From positions 1 through 27,165 of IMG/VR virus record IMGVR_UViG_3300009095_001069: a DNA stretch of 27,165 nucleotides; one strand, given 5' to 3'. The notes under the pieces are model-generated. The model was not told the origin of the DNA and searched no databases. It saw only the letters and a program-made list of their open reading frames with translations. Of this stretch, positions 1-8,970 are shown piece by piece. A program made the position numbers and the translations under genes. The stretch is from a virus (taxonomy: Duplodnaviria; Caudoviricetes). The first letter of the stretch is position 1, and the number at the start of each line of letters is the position of its first letter.

Positions 1-123
1 CCACGGCGTGCTCTTCCTCGATGAACTGCCCGAGTTCAAACGCTCCGCCCTCGAGGTCCTGCGCCAACCGCTGGAGGACGGCGTCGTCAGCATCTCCCGC
101 AGCGCCGGCAAAATCACCCTGCC
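1..123 (+). pseudogene. comM: 5' portion of interrupted host ComM/YifB Mg-chelatase-like AAA+ ATPase (begins upstream of window)
   Basis: Frame 2 reads [41 protein letters not shown] (Walker B LFLDE plus LRQPLEDG signature). It then runs into phage DNA and stops at TGA 140-142. High GC. Confidence 0.93.
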
Positions 124-147
124 ATACGGTTTGGTTTATTGACAGTA
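98..147. other. Left attachment junction (host arm + CC core 122-123 + phage arm)
   Basis: ...atcaccctg CC atacggtttggtt TATTGACAGTA. The 11-mer at 137-147 is the reverse complement of 27042-27052 and lies 13 nt from the core. Confidence 0.88.
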
Positions 148-152
148 GATGT

Positions 153-181
153 AGGCTGCCAAAACGTGCAGATACGGTCAA
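153..181 (-). promoter_or_regulatory. Candidate sigma70-type promoter pointing toward the left att site
   Basis: Minus strand TTGACC-17 nt-CAGCCT; good -35, weak -10. Confidence 0.35.
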
Positions 182-215
182 CAGCAAACCCCGACCCTCT
201 TAGGACTCCCCTACA

Positions 216-292
216 CTCTTATAAGAGAGAGACGGACACCCCAGACCCACCCCCAGAGACAGGACAACCCCTCTGGAATCGACGGACACCCC
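216..292. repeat. Palindrome plus degenerate direct repeats near left att arm
   Basis: Palindrome CTCTTATAAGAG at 216-227. GACGGACACCCC at 231 and 281; GACAGGACAACCCC at 258. Confidence 0.6.
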
Positions 293-302
293 CAAAAGGG
301 GA

Positions 303-329
303 GAACCCCACCTTTAACTGGTGGGGTTC
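303..329. terminator. Hairpin/terminator at end of 86-aa gene
   Basis: GAACCCCACC-tttaact-GGTGGGGTTC, 10-bp stem with the TAA stop in the loop. Confidence 0.6.
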
Positions 330-574
330 ATTTTCTCCTTTATCTCTTCCGTCTCCAAGACCTCTTCCAACTTCATCCTGACGTGGTCCACCCCCTCAAA
401 GGTCAATGAGGACGAATCACGGATGTTACCCCATGAATCAGGGAACTTTTTCAAGTCCATGATTGATTCGGATAAATCGTGTTTCACGTTAAATGACTTT
501 GTGCCCTCCTTAACCCTTTTCGCAATTCGGGAAAGGGTCAGGTCCAATACAGTTTGTTTTTTTAGTTCTGACAT
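314..574 (-). CDS. Hypothetical protein (86 aa), moron-like unit next to the left att site
   Basis: ATG ORF with its own upstream promoter and downstream hairpin; no recognisable motif. Confidence 0.7.
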   Translation of the reverse strand: MSELKKQTVLDLTLSRIAKRVKEGTKSFNVKHDLSESIMDLKKFPDSWGNIRDSSSLTFEGVDHVRMKLEEVLETEEIKEKMNPTS

Positions 575-635
575 AATATGAATTCCATTTGGTCTAGTTG
601 GATTCTAGGAACGAGAAGAAATCCCGTTCACAGTC

Positions 636-664
636 ATATTAAGAATTTTTTGAACTTCTGTCAA
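636..664 (-). promoter_or_regulatory. Sigma70-type promoter for 86-aa gene
   Basis: TTGACA-17 nt-TAATAT on the minus strand. Confidence 0.7.
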
Positions 665-672
665 TAGTTATC

Positions 673-2640
673 TTACCAACTTGCAATGGTTCTCCATGCC
701 CCATCCCAGTATTCTTTGATATTTGAATCTGTGGTATTCTTTACCCTTCTTCCCTCAAAGTTACCAGTTCCGTAATCTCCGGTTGTTGCCTTAACCTCAG
801 TGGATACCACATAACCGTTATCACCATTTGAAGTTCTCACCACAACAGAACCAGTTCCAGAACCAGCCAGCCTTAAATCAACGTTTGCACTTCCCGTTGC
901 CTTAATTGTTTTATATGCCCCCGATCCATTCAATAAAAACGAACCATTAGCCCAATCGCCGAGATATAAACTATAATTTGGCTTAGCCCCGCTGTATTCA
1001 GAATAATAAATACCATCACGAAATATTTCAGTTTCAGACTCTATTGCACCATTGTAATAATAGTTATATATAGAACCTCCATTCATTCTCATCAATCCCT
1101 GAGTTGGCGACGATAATAAATTAACCTGAAATGCCCCCTCCTGAACAATAGGCGAATGATCTTCAAACGTATTAAAACGCAATTTCGTTAAATACAAATT
1201 AGGATTGTCCCCGTAATCATTAGCTTCAGCACCGCTTAAATCAGTCCATGTTTTAACAACCTCTGAATCATTAGCCTTTAAATTGATACGGGTATTAAAT
1301 GAAGCTGAATCACTGGTAAACGATGCACTCTTAATTTCAAGGTTCGTAATCTTTGAATTAATGGAACCCGTGAAAGAGTTGAAGGAAGATGAATCAACCT
1401 TTGCATTGATATTTGATTTAAGAGACGAACTAAGGGAAATCAAATCACTTTGCAATGCTGCATCTGTTATGCCATAGCCTGAAAGGGTTGTTGGCTTATC
1501 AGTGATTCCGGTAAATGATACTTGAACAGAGGAAGAAATTAAACCGGTTGGCTTTCCCGTTATTCCACTGTATGCGATCTGACCCGATCCAGATACCAGA
1601 GTTGGTTTCCCAGTAATGCCACTGAATGCAATCTGGGCAGAACTTGAAACAAGTGTTGGCTTACCTGAGATTGATCCAAAAGAAACTTGTGCCGAGGATG
1701 ACACAACACCACTTGGCAGAACGTAGGACTGCGAAACAAGGCCGGATGGCACACCACTTATTCCGCTGAATGATATTTGGCCTGATCCAGAGACAACACC
1801 ACTTGGCAAGACATACGAACTTGAAACGATTCCAGAAGGTATTCCACTTAAACCACTGTAATTAATCTGGGACGAACCAGAAACCAGAGTTGGTTTATTT
1901 GCTACGTTGGCATATTCAACGTATGAAGCTGTTGCGGATATTTCAGGTTTATTCTGTATTCCATTGTAATCTACCTGTGCAGAACTTGAAATAACGTTTG
2001 CGGGTAAGACATAGGAACTTGAAACAAGTCCACTTGGAACACCACTAAGGCCAGAGAATGTTATCTGTGAAGAACCAGAAACCAATGTTGGCTTATCTTC
2101 AATATCTTCAAACGAGACAACGGCAGAAGCGGTTAATTCAGGGAACAAACTTGAATCAATTTTGCCGTCTTCCCCAACTGCAACAACGTCACCGGCACTT
2201 AAACCAATATTCTTAAATGCTGCGGTTCCCAATATGTCGATTGGTTCAGGGATAAAAGAGTCTTCATCAATGACAGAGTTATAAACTCTGAACCCTTTAT
2301 TTAGTATCGTGGTATCATTCAGCTTACACTGAAAGAAAGCATCCCTGTAAGCCCCTGAACCAATGTAATCTTTTAATTCCTGTGTGGATAGGTTTAGTGA
2401 ACCGACATATTCACCACTGACAGAAGCGGTCAATGCTGTGTAGGCCAACAGGTCATTACCTCCGCCGACACCCACAGCGAAAACGTCATCAACTGAGGAT
2501 GAAACGAGATTACCAGCATCGTTTAAAACACCAATTTCAAGAGATACAATATCTGCCAAATACAGATTGGGAAATGTTGAATCTTTTCTGTAATTCCTCT
2601 GTTCCGCCGTATAACCGCCTTTAAAAATATAAAATTCCAT
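673..2640 (-). CDS. Tail fibre/receptor-binding-like protein with Ser/Gly-rich repeats (655 aa)
   Basis: Last gene of tail module. Repeats KPTLVSGSSQI.FSG and PSG.VSSS; KPTTLSGYGITDA fibre motif; coiled-coil segment; beta-rich C-terminus. Confidence 0.75.
   Translation of the reverse strand: MEFYIFKGGYTAEQRNYRKDSTFPNLYLADIVSLEIGVLNDAGNLVSSSVDDVFAVGVGGGNDLLAYTALTASVSGEYVGSLNLSTQELKDYIGSGAYRDAFFQCKLNDTTILNKGFRVYNSVIDEDSFIPEPIDILGTAAFKNIGLSAGDVVAVGEDGKIDSSLFPELTASAVVSFEDIEDKPTLVSGSSQITFSGLSGVPSGLVSSSYVLPANVISSSAQVDYNGIQNKPEISATASYVEYANVANKPTLVSGSSQINYSGLSGIPSGIVSSSYVLPSGVVSGSGQISFSGISGVPSGLVSQSYVLPSGVVSSSAQVSFGSISGKPTLVSSSAQIAFSGITGKPTLVSGSGQIAYSGITGKPTGLISSSVQVSFTGITDKPTTLSGYGITDAALQSDLISLSSSLKSNINAKVDSSSFNSFTGSINSKITNLEIKSASFTSDSASFNTRINLKANDSEVVKTWTDLSGAEANDYGDNPNLYLTKLRFNTFEDHSPIVQEGAFQVNLLSSPTQGLMRMNGGSIYNYYYNGAIESETEIFRDGIYYSEYSGAKPNYSLYLGDWANGSFLLNGSGAYKTIKATGSANVDLRLAGSGTGSVVVRTSNGDNGYVVSTEVKATTGDYGTGNFEGRRVKNTTDSNIKEYWDGAWRTIASW
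1480..2100 (-). repeat. Intragenic tandem repeats of ~18 and ~30 codons
   Basis: ACAACACCACTTGGCA at 1703 and 1793 (90-nt period); CCAGA(T/A)ACCA-AGTTGG-like units near 1589, 1877 and 2075. Confidence 0.85.
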
Positions 2641-2670
2641 ATCCTTAAATATAAGGACAAAGTTTTTTAC

Positions 2671-3540
2671 TCATGATAGAACCCAATCTAATCGGCTTGA
2701 AACCGTGCTGGAGTCCCATGCAGAAAATCCACTGCCGGTTACTGGAGTAGTATCTCCTGTGGTATATGTCCCTCTGTAGTCCCTCCACTTCGCTGCATTC
2801 CATCCAGAAACATCCAGATTGTATTCATCCCCAAATGTCGTAACCCACCGATCATTGTAAGCCCTTCCATTCGAATAAAGGTCTTCACCGGCCGTTTCAC
2901 TCATACCAAAGAAAGGCGGAACTGTATCAACGGCCTGATATATATCAACCTCAATAGGCTCCCCCGTGTCATCGGAGCCGGTCGGCTTGGTTGTCACCCT
3001 AGTTCCAACAATTGCAAAAGAACTGGAATAGTTCCATATAAGTTTCAGACATTGCCGATCAAATCGCATTAAATTATATTCGTATTCATCGGCATCAACC
3101 CCCATCCCGTCAGAGGGCAAAGTGAAATATGCGTTACCGCTTCCACTTGGCGGCGTCAGAATGTTTACCGTGTCAATTGAACTATCAGGATAGAATTTAC
3201 CGGCATAGCTCACTGATCCTTCTATGGGAACCCTCGTAAACGTTCTGGTTAAAGTGTAATCAAACGTTTCTGTTATGTTCCTTATTCCGCCGGGACCATT
3301 GCCAACAAACCAAGTGGGGGTTATTTCAGTTACCCCATAATCCTTAGTCCTCTCACCGCTGATTGTGTATGTCATCTGCAAGGAACTGTAAATGGGACTG
3401 GCCTCCATGTATTCCCGCTTCTTTGTATCATACCCATCATAATCATCATATTCATCGCCGTTGAAACCGTATGCCGCATTGCCCTGAAATAGCATCCAGT
3501 CGGCAGCACTTCCACCTAAGTTTGTAACTCTGATACTCAT
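2671..3540 (-). CDS. Putative tail tip/virion protein (289 aa)
   Basis: Position in tail module; T/G/D/Y-rich beta-type composition. Confidence 0.55.
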   Translation of the reverse strand: MSIRVTNLGGSAADWMLFQGNAAYGFNGDEYDDYDGYDTKKREYMEASPIYSSLQMTYTISGERTKDYGVTEITPTWFVGNGPGGIRNITETFDYTLTRTFTRVPIEGSVSYAGKFYPDSSIDTVNILTPPSGSGNAYFTLPSDGMGVDADEYEYNLMRFDRQCLKLIWNYSSSFAIVGTRVTTKPTGSDDTGEPIEVDIYQAVDTVPPFFGMSETAGEDLYSNGRAYNDRWVTTFGDEYNLDVSGWNAAKWRDYRGTYTTGDTTPVTGSGFSAWDSSTVSSRLDWVLS

Positions 3541-3544
3541 TATA

Positions 3545-4141
3545 TCACCCCCACCATATGTTTACTGCACCGTAAGAATCAACATGTTGATTCTCCTTAA
3601 CATACTGTGCAATATCGGTAATATCCCCCATATACACAGAAGCCAACCCTATCAGATTGTAACTTACAAATCCCGTCCCCGTAATGGTTGTTCCAGAAGG
3701 TGGGGTTGATGTTGTCGTTGTTTCCACCGTGTAGGTTCCAGAAGAAGGGTCTGAAAATTCGGCATCAGCCTTCAACCAATAGTAGGTTGTTGCGGTTATT
3801 GTGTCTGTCGGCGGCGTTGAATGATTCAAAGAAGTTCCACCCATAGTTGGCATTTCTCCATTCACGTATCCATGATACACTCTGATCTTCAATGAACCAC
3901 TGGTGGAAACGTCCAATAGTTTAAACGGGTGATACGTCACCTCCGCAACCGAACCAGTGACAACGGAACTACTAAAATTAAATACAATATTACTATCTGA
4001 GGGAACAACCGTAATGCCGTTCTTACCTTGGAGACTTGAAAATGGTTTCAGGAAATCAACAATTTCATTTACCTTGTCTGCAACAACCTCAGTCAGTCCG
4101 ATAATATCATTTTCTTCAATCTTCTTAACCTCTTCAATCAT
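3545..4141 (-). CDS. Putative tail/baseplate-region protein (198 aa)
   Basis: Position; ATGA-type overlap with upstream gene; HPF and Thr-rich beta segments. Confidence 0.55.
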   Translation of the reverse strand: MIEEVKKIEENDIIGLTEVVADKVNEIVDFLKPFSSLQGKNGITVVPSDSNIVFNFSSSVVTGSVAEVTYHPFKLLDVSTSGSLKIRVYHGYVNGEMPTMGGTSLNHSTPPTDTITATTYYWLKADAEFSDPSSGTYTVETTTTSTPPSGTTITGTGFVSYNLIGLASVYMGDITDIAQYVKENQHVDSYGAVNIWWG

Positions 4142-4755
4142 ATTGGACTAACCTTATAACTCTCCCTCATCCAAATATTACCCTTGTATCTGGATATAAT
4201 ACTATCTTGAACAACAAGACCATATGACCCCAAAAGATAGTAACCAGAAACACTAGGGGTTGAAGGGTCTAACCCCCCTGTATTTAAGAAGAATTCAGAA
4301 GGATCATGATTACTTGAATCCGTTGAATAACTGTAACTTTGAGCTGAAACAATTGGTATATCAGCCTCAGACGAATATGCCCCACCGGAACCGACCAAGT
4401 AAAAATCCTTAACAACCTTCATTGGGACAGCACGGCTAAAAGGTCTTCTGCCGTTGAATATACCGGGGAATGTTGCAGCATACGTCCTGTATTCCACGAT
4501 TTGGGAAGGAACGTTTGCATATTGTCTAACATAGGTTGTCAGCCCCGTTGGGTCATTGTTGATTGCAACGTCCCCGACACAGTAAAAACTTGAAGATATA
4601 ACCCCATTCAAAGTTGCAGGGGAATAATTTGCCGTATTAACCGCATATGGAACACTAATAATTGATGCAGTGTTACCAATGTTTGAGAATGGGTATTCCC
4701 TTGTTGTGATTCCATTCCCCGTTGGACTTGTATAAGATATATTGTAAGTTCCCAT
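4138..4755 (-). CDS. Putative distal tail protein (205 aa)
   Basis: Immediately after tape measure-like gene; preceded by phage motif. Confidence 0.5.
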   Translation of the reverse strand: MGTYNISYTSPTGNGITTREYPFSNIGNTASIISVPYAVNTANYSPATLNGVISSSFYCVGDVAINNDPTGLTTYVRQYANVPSQIVEYRTYAATFPGIFNGRRPFSRAVPMKVVKDFYLVGSGGAYSSEADIPIVSAQSYSYSTDSSNHDPSEFFLNTGGLDPSTPSVSGYYLLGSYGLVVQDSIISRYKGNIWMRESYKVSPI

Positions 4756-4773
4756 ACCCCTTAAATATCAACA

Positions 4774-6186
4774 TTACCCGTTTTTACGGGACACCTTCTG
4801 TATTAGTTCTGTCAAAAGTTCCTCTGTGGTCTTCACTGGAACCTTCTTTTTGTTGTCCGAACCAATACGGCCAATCTTGGAACTCTCGTTACTTAATTTC
4901 ATGTTCCTTGCTCGATCTTCCAAGGTTCTCTTTCTGTCCTCATCAGACACAATGACACCCCTTGAACGTATCTTGCCGTCTGCATCTCTCATGGAGTCCA
5001 AAGACAGACCATCTTTCTTGGTGTCCGTCTTGGTCATACCCTTTTGAAAATCCCTCAACTCCTTACGGGACTTTTCCAAATCAATCTTGGCCTGTGTATC
5101 TTGTGGATTGTCCTTAACCTTCTGTAAAGCATCCCTACCCCTTTTGATAATATCATTTAATTTCTGTTCCTCAGTTGCGGCTTCCCAGATACGTTGTCTC
5201 TCCAAGTCCTTTAATTCCTTTATTCTTTTGGACTCTTCCTCATCAGACTTCTTTTTGGCATCAGATACTTTTTGTTCAGCCTTGGCCTTTTCATCCAAAC
5301 GTTTCTTTTCTTCTTCGTCCTTCTGTTTCTGACCTTCTGCAAAGTATGCGGACGTTTTGGCTTTCAGACCTTCCAACTCTTTTTCCTTTTCCAATATCTT
5401 AATACGATTGTCCGCATGATCTGAATCAATTTTGGCAAGTCGCAATATACCTTCCTCTTTCTTTTTTGGGTCTATATCGGTTTTACTAATTTCCTTGGTC
5501 AACCTAACCTTCTCTTCCTCCAATTTAATTTGTTCGGCCTTTAGTTGTTTAACTTCTTTCTCCCGTTTATACTCCAAATCCAAATCAGACATATTACGTT
5601 CCTTTGCATCCACCTCCATCTGGTCAGCTTTTGCATTTTTCTCTTTGGTCTTCTCCCCGATCTTCGCAGCATACTTACTTGCAGCCTCCAAACGTTGTTC
5701 CACTTCAACGGCGGTCATCAATAATGCCGTTTCCTTTGGATCAAAGCCGGTGATTATAAAGGCAGATGCGTATTCAATACCCTTCTGCAATCCTCCTATG
5801 GCTACCGTTGTGGCCTTGGATATGTTACCGCTTACCTTGTCCCAGTTGTCGGCCACCTGTGCGGCTGCATTGACCAAGGGAGGGACAGCCTGGCCTGATT
5901 CAATCAACTTGTCTCTCATGTCCCTTGCCCCTTGGGCTGCGGCTAGGAGTCGTCCCCCAATCTCTTTGAAAAGGATGGTTGCGGCCCCTCCCTTTGCGAT
6001 TCCGTCAATGTCCTTAATGTTCTTGGACACGTTGTCCAAATGAGCCCCTGCACCCTTTACGGAGTCCCCAGACCCCACACCCTTAATACTCTTGTCCAAA
6101 CTCTTTGCGGACTGTTCAGCCTGTTTGGTCTTCTTTTGCAGTTCCGATATGTCTGCATCAAATGTTGCCGTTATTTTGTTATCCAT
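4774..6186 (-). CDS. Tape measure-like protein (470 aa)
   Basis: N-terminal ITATFDADISEL TMP-like start; Ala/Gly-rich then long K/E coiled coil; canonical position. Confidence 0.7.
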   Translation of the reverse strand: MDNKITATFDADISELQKKTKQAEQSAKSLDKSIKGVGSGDSVKGAGAHLDNVSKNIKDIDGIAKGGAATILFKEIGGRLLAAAQGARDMRDKLIESGQAVPPLVNAAAQVADNWDKVSGNISKATTVAIGGLQKGIEYASAFIITGFDPKETALLMTAVEVEQRLEAASKYAAKIGEKTKEKNAKADQMEVDAKERNMSDLDLEYKREKEVKQLKAEQIKLEEEKVRLTKEISKTDIDPKKKEEGILRLAKIDSDHADNRIKILEKEKELEGLKAKTSAYFAEGQKQKDEEEKKRLDEKAKAEQKVSDAKKKSDEEESKRIKELKDLERQRIWEAATEEQKLNDIIKRGRDALQKVKDNPQDTQAKIDLEKSRKELRDFQKGMTKTDTKKDGLSLDSMRDADGKIRSRGVIVSDEDRKRTLEDRARNMKLSNESSKIGRIGSDNKKKVPVKTTEELLTELIQKVSRKNG

Positions 6187-6820
6187 TCTTCTCCCTCTTC
6201 AATCTGTTCAATTCTTTCATACCCCAGTTCCTTACAAGGTCCGTTAGGTTGTTACCCAAATACTCTGGGTTTTCGTCCCGTCTGATTAGTTTGATGAACT
6301 GAAAGAAACGGGATAAAGGCATCTTGGTTACTTCCCCATAACCCATGTTTGCACCCTTCATTACTTCATATATCAGTTCCAAACCGTAGTTAATCCGTGG
6401 GTAATCGGTCGGTTGGCTGACTCTCTCTGAATACTTGGACGGCAAATCAATGGTTTCATTGTCCACGTATTCCCAGACCTTACCCATGATGTAATCAGAC
6501 ACCGTTTCACCCTCTCCCTTGTGTTTTACGGAATATATTAAAATCTTTAGGTTCAGATACCACCTTGGAACCCATTTGCGTTTGTTGACCATGTAGAGGA
6601 AGGCCATTGCATCCCCCAACCCATATTGACCCGTAATCAACCCGTTCCGTGTTTCATCCAATATCAACAGGTGTAGGATATTAAACGGTTCCAACTCCAC
6701 CCCCAACAACTCTGGTTGGGTATAGTCACCCCAAAACAAGGAATTGACTCTGATTTCCTCTTGTCGGTTCAGAGCCTCTTGCAACTTTTCTTCATACTGT
6801 GGAACGTCCCAAACTTTCAT
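6179..6820 (-). CDS. Putative tail assembly chaperone (213 aa)
   Basis: Between tail tube and TMP; C-terminal EVTKMPLSRFFQF resembles chaperone-type motifs. Confidence 0.5.
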   Translation of the reverse strand: MKVWDVPQYEEKLQEALNRQEEIRVNSLFWGDYTQPELLGVELEPFNILHLLILDETRNGLITGQYGLGDAMAFLYMVNKRKWVPRWYLNLKILIYSVKHKGEGETVSDYIMGKVWEYVDNETIDLPSKYSERVSQPTDYPRINYGLELIYEVMKGANMGYGEVTKMPLSRFFQFIKLIRRDENPEYLGNNLTDLVRNWGMKELNRLKREKNG

Positions 6821-6853
6821 AAAAAAAGCCTACCCACTTATACGGGTAGGCTT
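6821..6853 (-). terminator. Intrinsic terminator after tail tube gene
   Basis: AAGCCTACCCg-tataa-gtGGGTAGGCTT ending in a T7 run directly before the next ATG. Confidence 0.75.
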
Positions 6854-6878
6854 ATCCTTAAATATAAGGTGGTTCCTT

Positions 6879-7214
6879 TTATGCTGCTTCCTTCAAAGCC
6901 AGTGTGAATGTAGCCTGAGCCGTTGAACTACGGTTTTGGGAGGCATTCAACACAACCCATGAATCACCTGATCCAGACGGATAAGGGAACACGGAGAACT
7001 GTGCAGGTGGTTCCTCTGTAGCCGTTGAACATTCAATGGTCATGTTTGCGGTTGTTGGACCGGATACGGCTGCGAACCCTTTGAATGATCCATCAGAGTT
7101 TTGTAAGTTCTTTTCAACTGCACTTGGAGTTTTTGAAAATGCAGTGACTGTGTATGTTGAACCGGAGAAATCCAAGTCATCCAGTCCTTTAATAATTGAG
7201 TGATTGTAAGACAT
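6879..7214 (-). CDS. Putative minimal tail tube protein (111 aa)
   Basis: Position after terminator-like gene; own motif upstream and terminator downstream (high-expression unit); beta-strand pattern. Confidence 0.55.
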   Translation of the reverse strand: MSYNHSIIKGLDDLDFSGSTYTVTAFSKTPSAVEKNLQNSDGSFKGFAAVSGPTTANMTIECSTATEEPPAQFSVFPYPSGSGDSWVVLNASQNRSSTAQATFTLALKEAA

Positions 7215-7254
7215 AATATTTTAAATTGTTTGTTTACCTTAAATATAAGGGGGA

Positions 7255-7722
7255 TTATTTTTCCCATGCGTCAGGCTGGATTTGAAATATGTAATCATAC
7301 GTCAAAACCGATACATCCTGATCCAGTTCCGTTACAGACCTTGCCTCCCCCGTTGGCCTGAACTCATCGTAATAATACAATTCACATTGAATTGGATCAA
7401 TGTTTACATTGTTTCCCATTATTGACCCTCTGAGGAACAATCTACGGACCGTTGAAACCCTCTCTGGGTGGGTGTTGTTCTCCCTTGGTGTATAAACCTC
7501 AATTGTAAGGGTTGCAGTGTATTGGGAATACTCACTGACACCTGTTTTGGTAACGGCTGGTTTTTCCAAGACCCCTGTTGACGGTCCAACATCAACACGG
7601 ATTGCAACCATCTCTTCTTCCCTCTTATCAGGATCACCCGTCACATATGGATTGATTCCGTTCCGGTCTAAATAGGACAGAAAAACGTCCTCCATATTCT
7701 CAATAAAATTAAACACACTCAT
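7255..7722 (-). CDS. Putative tail terminator/completion protein (155 aa)
   Basis: Acidic; size and position typical; TLTIEVYT strand followed by a helix. Confidence 0.5.
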   Translation of the reverse strand: MSVFNFIENMEDVFLSYLDRNGINPYVTGDPDKREEEMVAIRVDVGPSTGVLEKPAVTKTGVSEYSQYTATLTIEVYTPRENNTHPERVSTVRRLFLRGSIMGNNVNIDPIQCELYYYDEFRPTGEARSVTELDQDVSVLTYDYIFQIQPDAWEK

Positions 7723-8048
7723 AACGGAACTATCTTCAATTGGTAACAGTTGGTTCCCAAATCAGGGAGAACCGACTTAACAAGGTATTTGGTGTTACCT
7801 ATCTGAATCCTTTGATTGGAAACGGGGTCATCTGAACCAAGTTCAAGAGCCACCATAACGGTTTGTTCTCCCTCTTCTTGGTATCCTGCAACCTCCATAC
7901 GTCTGTCCCTGTCAGCATCCGTCATACGAATTACAACAGGCTGGCCGTTTAACTCTGCATCTGTTGGCCTTGCCGATATTGTGAGACGAAAAACGGTTCG
8001 TCTAAAGGAACCGTCCAGAGGATTAATATTGAACGGTAAATCTTCCAT
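7719..8048 (-). CDS. Putative head-closure/head-tail joining protein (109 aa; start moved to ATG 8048)
   Basis: RIQIGNTKYLVKSV beta motif of FII-like proteins. The track's GTG start lies inside the post-capsid hairpin. Confidence 0.55.
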   Translation of the reverse strand: MEDLPFNINPLDGSFRRTVFRLTISARPTDAELNGQPVVIRMTDADRDRRMEVAGYQEEGEQTVMVALELGSDDPVSNQRIQIGNTKYLVKSVLPDLGTNCYQLKIVPL

Positions 8049-8054
8049 ACTGCG

Positions 8055-8086
8055 AATAACAGGGGGATATTCCACCCCCTGTTATT
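8055..8086 (-). terminator. 12-bp hairpin after capsid gene (partial terminator or mRNA stabiliser)
   Basis: AATAACAGGGGG-8 nt-CCCCCTGTTATT perfect inverted repeat. Confidence 0.65.
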
Positions 8087-8096
8087 ATCTGATTAA

Positions 8097-8909
8097 TTAG
8101 ACAAATTTGATTGCTTTGTCTTGAGCAACTTTACCACCAACCAAGACTTCAAAAACACCTTTGATCTTGTTTTCGTTGTCGATTGAGAAGGTTTTGAATG
8201 TGAATTGAAGACCTGTTGCTTCGTCGGTTAGCAACTTAACATCTGCGGTCTTTCCGTTCTGACGGACTTGGTAACATGCGACTGCGTAACAGTCAGGTGC
8301 GATAGCCAATCCCTTAACACCGGATGGAAGAATACCAGTTGATACCTTTGCAGTATTGGAGAATCCGTAAGATTCTGGGGATACTTTCAATGTATCGGTT
8401 GTGTCTTGGTATAGAGAACCATAGATGGTTGTATCAACAATCAAACCTCTTTCAACGTCTGTAACGTTGTTGGTATCCAAACCGACAGCCAAGGTTTTAA
8501 CTTTTGCGAATCCGAACGAACCGGATTGAGCTGCGGTGAAGTTTGCAGAATCTGCAAATATTGCCTTTGCAACTTTTCTACCAAAGTTCTGCAAGTGTGT
8601 TTGGTATAGGTTTTCCAAGTTAAAGGAATTTGAACTTTGTGCTTCTGCACCGATTTCAAATGTTTCATGGATATGAACCAAAGAAACTGGAATCTTGGTT
8701 TGTGTAGAACCAGAGGTATCGTAAGAACCGTTAAATTCTCCGTTATCTGTGTTGTTAGAACTGAAAAGAGGAACGTTTACGGTTGATCCAGCCTCTTTAA
8801 CTTCTTCACCAAATATCTTGGAGACAGAAGGGATGAAAGGAAGGAATTTACCAAAAGCTGTTAGACCCTTTGCCAAATAAATTTCGTCATTGTATGATAC
8901 GTTTGCCAT
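8097..8909 (-). CDS. Major capsid protein (270 aa, likely HK97 fold)
   Basis: Follows protease/scaffold. GSTVNVP, RGLIVD...YGSL and C-terminal FEVLVGGKV patterns. Two upstream motif copies and a downstream hairpin. Confidence 0.75.
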   Translation of the reverse strand: MANVSYNDEIYLAKGLTAFGKFLPFIPSVSKIFGEEVKEAGSTVNVPLFSSNNTDNGEFNGSYDTSGSTQTKIPVSLVHIHETFEIGAEAQSSNSFNLENLYQTHLQNFGRKVAKAIFADSANFTAAQSGSFGFAKVKTLAVGLDTNNVTDVERGLIVDTTIYGSLYQDTTDTLKVSPESYGFSNTAKVSTGILPSGVKGLAIAPDCYAVACYQVRQNGKTADVKLLTDEATGLQFTFKTFSIDNENKIKGVFEVLVGGKVAQDKAIKFV

Positions 8910-8970
8910 AATGTTTTAAATATATAATTGTTGTTTGATATTAAATATAAGGGGTTTTATTTTTTCCCTA

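Noticed and set aside
231-292. Possible mini-CRISPR array
   Set aside because: Repeats are only ~12 bp, degenerate and irregularly spaced; no cas genes.
21-381. Plus-strand ORFs 21..203 and 139..381
   Set aside because: Off-frame reading of comM and a Pro-rich translation of the repeat tract; no coding signals.
673-2640. Diversity-generating retroelement or invertible fibre cassette
   Set aside because: No reverse transcriptase, template/variable repeat pair or invertase seen; the repeats are in-frame tandem units.
6179-6878. Lambda G/GT-type programmed frameshift
   Set aside because: A single continuous ORF lies between tube and TMP; no second overlapping frame is needed.
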